Positions 59,917 through 64,000 of a DNA stretch of 64,000 nucleotides are shown here, in pieces. The notes below the pieces were generated by a model. It saw only the letters and a list, made by a program, of their open reading frames with translations. It ran no database searches and was not told the DNA's origin. Every line of letters starts with the position of its first letter. Positions within the stretch are counted from its first letter, which is position 1. Made by a program: the position numbers and the translations under genes. Origin of the DNA: Actinomycetota bacterium (GTDB lineage Bacteria; Actinomycetota; Actinomycetes; S36-B12; UBA5976); assembly GCA_026392515.1 (NCBI GenBank), contig JAPLBY010000021.1, forward strand, positions 4,606 through 68,605, given 5' to 3'.

Positions 59917-61800
59917 ATGACCGTCGCACAACCTGGTACCTGGGTATCTCCAGTAACTCCTGAGATGCTCTCGCAGGCTGGAGTCTCGATGGGTTTCACG
60001 CAGACTTTCAACGGTGATGTGTTTTGGGATGAATCACGACCTAATGAAAATGGTCGCAATGTAGTGGTGAGTCGCGCGAATGGCGACATCTTGCCAGCGC
60101 CCTGGAGTGCCTCAACTCGAGTCCACGAAATGGGTGGCCTAAGTTGGCTGGTTTGCACCTGGAATGGCGAACCCGGGCTTGTATTTGCCGAGAAGTCAGA
60201 CCAGCGAATCTATTGGAAGACTGTCGGCGGTGAACCTGAACCAATCACTGCAGAAAGTTCGCCAGGAACTTTAGCCCGCTATAGCGATTTTCTAATTCGA
60301 GGTTCAGAGATTTGGTGTGTTCGAGAAGTTACCGAAGGTGCGAGCACAAATCGGGACTTGATTGCGATCAACAGTGCAAAACAAATAAGAGTTCTGGATT
60401 CAGCCTCACATTTTTATGCGCACCTTGCGCTGTCGCCGGATGAACAGCAACTTGCATGGATTTCTTGGGAACATCCGCAAATGCCGTGGGATGGAACGCA
60501 ACTACAGTTAGCCGATATTGATCCGCAAGGAAACCTCGATAGCACCACGATCCTGGCAGGTAACGAAAGCGAGGCAGTGAATAGCCCGGTTTGGGCGCAT
60601 TCAGGCAAACTCTATTTCGTTAGCGACGCTTCTGGATTCTGGAATGTTTGGGAGTCAGATACCAAAGGCTCGAAACGCCAATTGGTTTCTGAGTCTGCGG
60701 AGTGGGCACATCCGATGTGGCTTGTTGGCACTCACCTACTCCGAATCCTGGACTCCGGAGAACTAGTTGGAATCCATGGCAACCCAGCGCAAGAAAAGAT
60801 TGCCCTAATAGATTCAAATACTGGAGCTTGGCGAGATCTGGAATGCAACTTAACTAATTTTGCGCACTTAAGCGTCTATCAGGATCGAATTTTTGCAATC
60901 GGTGGTGGCCCTAAAGTCCTCTCTGCTCTAGTCGAACTAACTACTACCGGCATAACTGACGCAGAAGTGATCGCTCAAGTAGCTGCCCCAATTGACCAAG
61001 AGTTTCTGCCAGTTGCGCAGGCGATAAGTTTTCCGAGCCAGAACGGCCGCACAGTTCATGCCTTCATGTCACCAGCTACAAATCCAAACTACGAAAGCAC
61101 GGAATTACCGCCGGTTGTGATCACAGTGCATGGCGGACCCACCGCTAATACCACTGGTGTGGCTTCGATTAAACGTGCCTTCTTTACATCCCGAGGCTTC
61201 ACAGTTGTTGACGTTGATTACGGTGGCTCAACTGGCTATGGCAGGGAATATCGCGAAACCCTAAAAGGGCAATGGGGTGTTGTAGATACCGAGGATATTC
61301 TTGCGGTGGTAGCAGGCCTGGTTGCTAATGGATTGGCAGATCCAAACAAAGTTCTGATCCGTGGCGGTAGCGCAGGCGGATACGCAGTTCTTAATGGACT
61401 GGTTCATAGCAAGGTTTTTGCTGCGGGTGCGAACTATTACGGTGTTGCCGAACTCATTATGTTGGCAGAGGACACTCATGACTTTGAGTCGCGTTATCTT
61501 GACTCGCTTATCGGTTCTTACCCAGAGCAAAAAGAACTATACGTTGAACGCTCTCCACTGACTCATGCAGATAACTTGACTTCACCATTGATCATTTTTC
61601 AAGGCTCGGATGACCCAATCGTTCCGCCTTCCCAATCTCAAGCTTTTCGGGATGCGTGTATTAAGAATGGCGTGAAGTACAAATACTTTGAATTCGAAGG
61701 CGAGAGCCATGGATTTCGAAAAAGTCAGACAATCACGACATGTGCAATGGAGGAACTCAAATTCTTTGGCGAAGTACTCGGATTCGTCCCAGCAGATTAG
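59917..61800 (+). CDS. S9 family (prolyl oligopeptidase / acylaminoacyl) peptidase
   Basis: Motifs VHEMGG, HPQMPWD, VHGGP, GGSAGG nucleophile, DPIV and GESHGF. Confidence 0.9.
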   Translation: MTVAQPGTWVSPVTPEMLSQAGVSMGFTQTFNGDVFWDESRPNENGRNVVVSRANGDILPAPWSASTRVHEMGGLSWLVCTWNGEPGLVFAEKSDQRIYWKTVGGEPEPITAESSPGTLARYSDFLIRGSEIWCVREVTEGASTNRDLIAINSAKQIRVLDSASHFYAHLALSPDEQQLAWISWEHPQMPWDGTQLQLADIDPQGNLDSTTILAGNESEAVNSPVWAHSGKLYFVSDASGFWNVWESDTKGSKRQLVSESAEWAHPMWLVGTHLLRILDSGELVGIHGNPAQEKIALIDSNTGAWRDLECNLTNFAHLSVYQDRIFAIGGGPKVLSALVELTTTGITDAEVIAQVAAPIDQEFLPVAQAISFPSQNGRTVHAFMSPATNPNYESTELPPVVITVHGGPTANTTGVASIKRAFFTSRGFTVVDVDYGGSTGYGREYRETLKGQWGVVDTEDILAVVAGLVANGLADPNKVLIRGGSAGGYAVLNGLVHSKVFAAGANYYGVAELIMLAEDTHDFESRYLDSLIGSYPEQKELYVERSPLTHADNLTSPLIIFQGSDDPIVPPSQSQAFRDACIKNGVKYKYFEFEGESHGFRKSQTITTCAMEELKFFGEVLGFVPAD

Positions 61801-61857
61801 TTTGTGCCGATAAGTTAATTACGTAGATTGAATTAATACCAGGCTTAAGGAGTCAGC

Positions 61858-62238
61858 ATGATTGTTACTTACAAAGAAGATTTGGTTGGCGGACCTCGTC
61901 ACCGCAAGGTTTCGACCGGAACAAGTCTTCGGATGTTGACGCGGGAAGATGGCGTCGGGTTTTCTTTTCATGACACTGAATTAGAAGCTGGAACCACCAC
62001 AACTTTGCAATACAAGAACCACATCGAAGCCAACTACATCATTGATGGCACTGGTGAACTTGAAAACCTAGAAACTGGCGAAATTTTTGAAGTTCGCCCT
62101 GGTATGACTTACACACTTGATAAGCATGATCGTCACCAGATGCGAACTCACACAAAACTTCGAATCATCTGTGTATTTACTCCAGCGCTAGTTGGCGCTG
62201 AAGTTCACGATGAAGACGGTTCTTATCCGCTTCTCTAG
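61858..62238 (+). CDS. ectC: Solitary ectoine synthase-like cupin (EctC family)
   Basis: Motifs MIV..., DGVGFSFH, YKNHIEA, Y85, HDRH and VFTPALVGAEVHDEDGSY, with an AAGGAG RBS. No ectA or ectB nearby. Confidence 0.8.
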   Translation: MIVTYKEDLVGGPRHRKVSTGTSLRMLTREDGVGFSFHDTELEAGTTTTLQYKNHIEANYIIDGTGELENLETGEIFEVRPGMTYTLDKHDRHQMRTHTKLRIICVFTPALVGAEVHDEDGSYPLL

Positions 62239-62261
62239 TTTCTTCTCGCTGTAGTTAAGTC

Positions 62262-63224
62262 TTAGTAACGCGACTCAGTTGGTCTAGGCAGGGCTGCAAT
62301 ATCGGCTAGATCTTGAGCGTTTAACTCAATCGATACAGCGGCCGCGTTTTCTTCCAGCCACTTACGTCGCTTTGTGCCTGGAATTGGAACCATGTTGGGC
62401 CCTTGCGCCAGGATCCATGCAAGAGCGATCTGTGCCGGTGTGGCATTGTGTCGACTGGCAATTACTGCAATGCCATCAACGATTTTTTGATTGTCTGCAA
62501 TTGCCTGGGCAGTAAACCTTGGGTTAGCACTGCGGAAATCTCCGTCGGCAATGGTGTCAGCAGTGACCGTTCCGGTTAAGAAGCCGCGGCCAAGTGGCGA
62601 AAATGGCAAGAAACCGATGTTGTTATCCGCGCAGTATTGAATCACACCATTCTTTACATGCTCGTCAGTCCAAATTGAAAATTCACTTTGCACGCTAGTT
62701 ACCGGGTGAATGGCATGGCACTTTGCAGTTTCTTCCACAGTAGTTTCAGATAGTCCGATGTAACGAACTTTGCCAGCTTCAACTAGTCCAGCCAAGGCTC
62801 CCCAAGTTTCTTCAATCGGGACCTCAGGATCTACTCGGTGCAATTGGTACAGGTCAAGGTAATCAGTGCCAAGTCTGCCAAGTGAGTCTTCGCAAGCTTG
62901 GCGAATGTACTCTGGCTTGCCATTCTTGCCGTAAGAAGTCATGTTGACAGGCGTTAAGCCACATTTAGAAGCAATGATGGCTTTGTCACGTAAGCCATCT
63001 TTGACCAGATACTCACCAAGAATTTCCTCGTTAGTCCACGGACCGTAAACGTCTGCGGTATCAAACAGCGTGATACCCAATTCAAGTGCGCGATGAATAG
63101 TTACTCGAATTTCATTTCGGTCAGCATCGGCAACGTTGTAACCCCATGACATTGGCATACAGCCAAGTCCGATGGCACTTACTTCAAGATCACGCAATTT
63201 ACGGGTTGGCATCTGAATTGTCAT
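62262..63224 (-). CDS. Aldo/keto reductase
   Basis: Motifs IGLGCM, FDTADVYG, DLYQLHR, IGLSE, SPLGRG and PIPGT. Confidence 0.92.
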   Translation of the reverse strand: MTIQMPTRKLRDLEVSAIGLGCMPMSWGYNVADADRNEIRVTIHRALELGITLFDTADVYGPWTNEEILGEYLVKDGLRDKAIIASKCGLTPVNMTSYGKNGKPEYIRQACEDSLGRLGTDYLDLYQLHRVDPEVPIEETWGALAGLVEAGKVRYIGLSETTVEETAKCHAIHPVTSVQSEFSIWTDEHVKNGVIQYCADNNIGFLPFSPLGRGFLTGTVTADTIADGDFRSANPRFTAQAIADNQKIVDGIAVIASRHNATPAQIALAWILAQGPNMVPIPGTKRRKWLEENAAAVSIELNAQDLADIAALPRPTESRY

Positions 63225-63305
63225 GATTGAAGCCTAGGCCCCATTGACTTTTCCGTCACATCAAAACCAAGCACATCCAATTTTGGATCGCAGTAGGCTG
63301 GGCGC

Positions 63306-63557
63306 ATGAGCGAAATAACTATGTATGGTGCGGAATGGTGCGGCGACTGCCGACGTTCCCAACGCCTATTAAACGAACTTGGCGTTGAGTACTCCTACAT
63401 AAACATCGAAGAGGTGCCTGGAGCCGCAGATAAAGTGGTTGAAATCAATGGCGGCACCCAGTCAATACCGGTCGTTATGTTTTCCGACGGTACTCACCTG
63501 ACAGAGCCAAGCGATCCTGATCTACGTAAAAAGCTTGAAAGCCTAGGTTTAATCTAG
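63306..63557 (+). CDS. Glutaredoxin-like protein (mycoredoxin/NrdH-like)
   Basis: WCGDC active site and NGGTQSIPVVMFSDG. Confidence 0.85.
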   Translation: MSEITMYGAEWCGDCRRSQRLLNELGVEYSYINIEEVPGAADKVVEINGGTQSIPVVMFSDGTHLTEPSDPDLRKKLESLGLI

Positions 63558-63569
63558 TTTCGCTGAAAC

Positions 63570-64000
63570 TTAGAAAACTAGATCGTAGCGACGGAAAACT
63601 TCGTCTTTAACCCAATTTCGACCTTCGTAAAGTGCCTGGGCTGGCAAGTTATCGTTAGCAGTTCGCAAAAACACACGGGTTGCCCCAGCGCTTTTAGCTG
63701 CTGATTCCGCAACATCCATAAGCTCGCTTGCTATCCCCTTGCCGCGCGCAGACTCATCAACATACAAGTCATTAAGTAACCAAATGTTTGAAAGTGAGAC
63801 GGTAGAGAAAGTTGGATACAGCAGAGTGAAGCCAACCGCTTCCCCATCAACCCGAGCGATGAAAGCAATTGCTTCCTCATTCTTGATTCGCTGTTCTAAA
63901 TAGCCCAAAGTCTTTTCATTTTCAGGTTGCTTATAGAACGCGCGATATTTCTCAACGAGTGGATGTAGCTCGGCTAAGTCGCCAGTTTTGACTCTAGAAA
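63570..64000 (-). CDS. GNAT family N-acetyltransferase (5' end beyond window)
   Basis: The frame stays open to the window edge (...YRAFYKQ...). Motifs LNDLYV, ARGKG and N..AQALYE. Confidence 0.85.
   Translation of the reverse strand, partial: SRVKTGDLAELHPLVEKYRAFYKQPENEKTLGYLEQRIKNEEAIAFIARVDGEAVGFTLLYPTFSTVSLSNIWLLNDLYVDESARGKGIASELMDVAESAAKSAGATRVFLRTANDNLPAQALYEGRNWVKDEVFRRYDLVF

Overview
This 64-kb window comes from a densely packed, moderate-GC actinobacterial chromosome. The gene content and order suggest a free-living, streamlined freshwater-type actinobacterium such as the Ca. Nanopelagicales, but that placement is inferred. It follows the conserved actinobacterial core block crtE/mptA-pknL-DAHP synthase-plsC-fadD-pimB-DEDD/UvrC-like nuclease-trpD-ctaE/qcrCAB-ctaFDC-adoK-erpA-DUF3043-cob-gcvT-pepA-lpdA-dlaT-lipB-lipA-DUF4191-RDD-glnA. 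Additions to that block are a large carotenoid cluster (CruF-like hydratase, GT2, two CrtI-family desaturases, CrtE, CrtB, split lycopene cyclase) and a cobalamin-riboswitch-controlled BtuFCD-CobU operon that converges on an apparently foreign cobT-cobS-cobC cassette. murT/gatD, aat, an orphan barstar-like gene and a solitary EctC-like cupin are also present. I found no rRNA, tRNA, CRISPR array, transposase or prophage. The most notable signals are an Arg in place of the catalytic His of the E2 (DlaT/SucB) HxxxDG motif, a solitary EctC lacking substrate-binding Trp21, the chimeric cobamide-salvage locus, back-to-back PafBC-type DNA-damage promoters driving a Cys4 microprotein, two short intergenic tandem repeats, and pervasive leaderless promoters. 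All calls come from motif recognition by eye, with no database searches. I cannot claim a fully new system from sequence alone.
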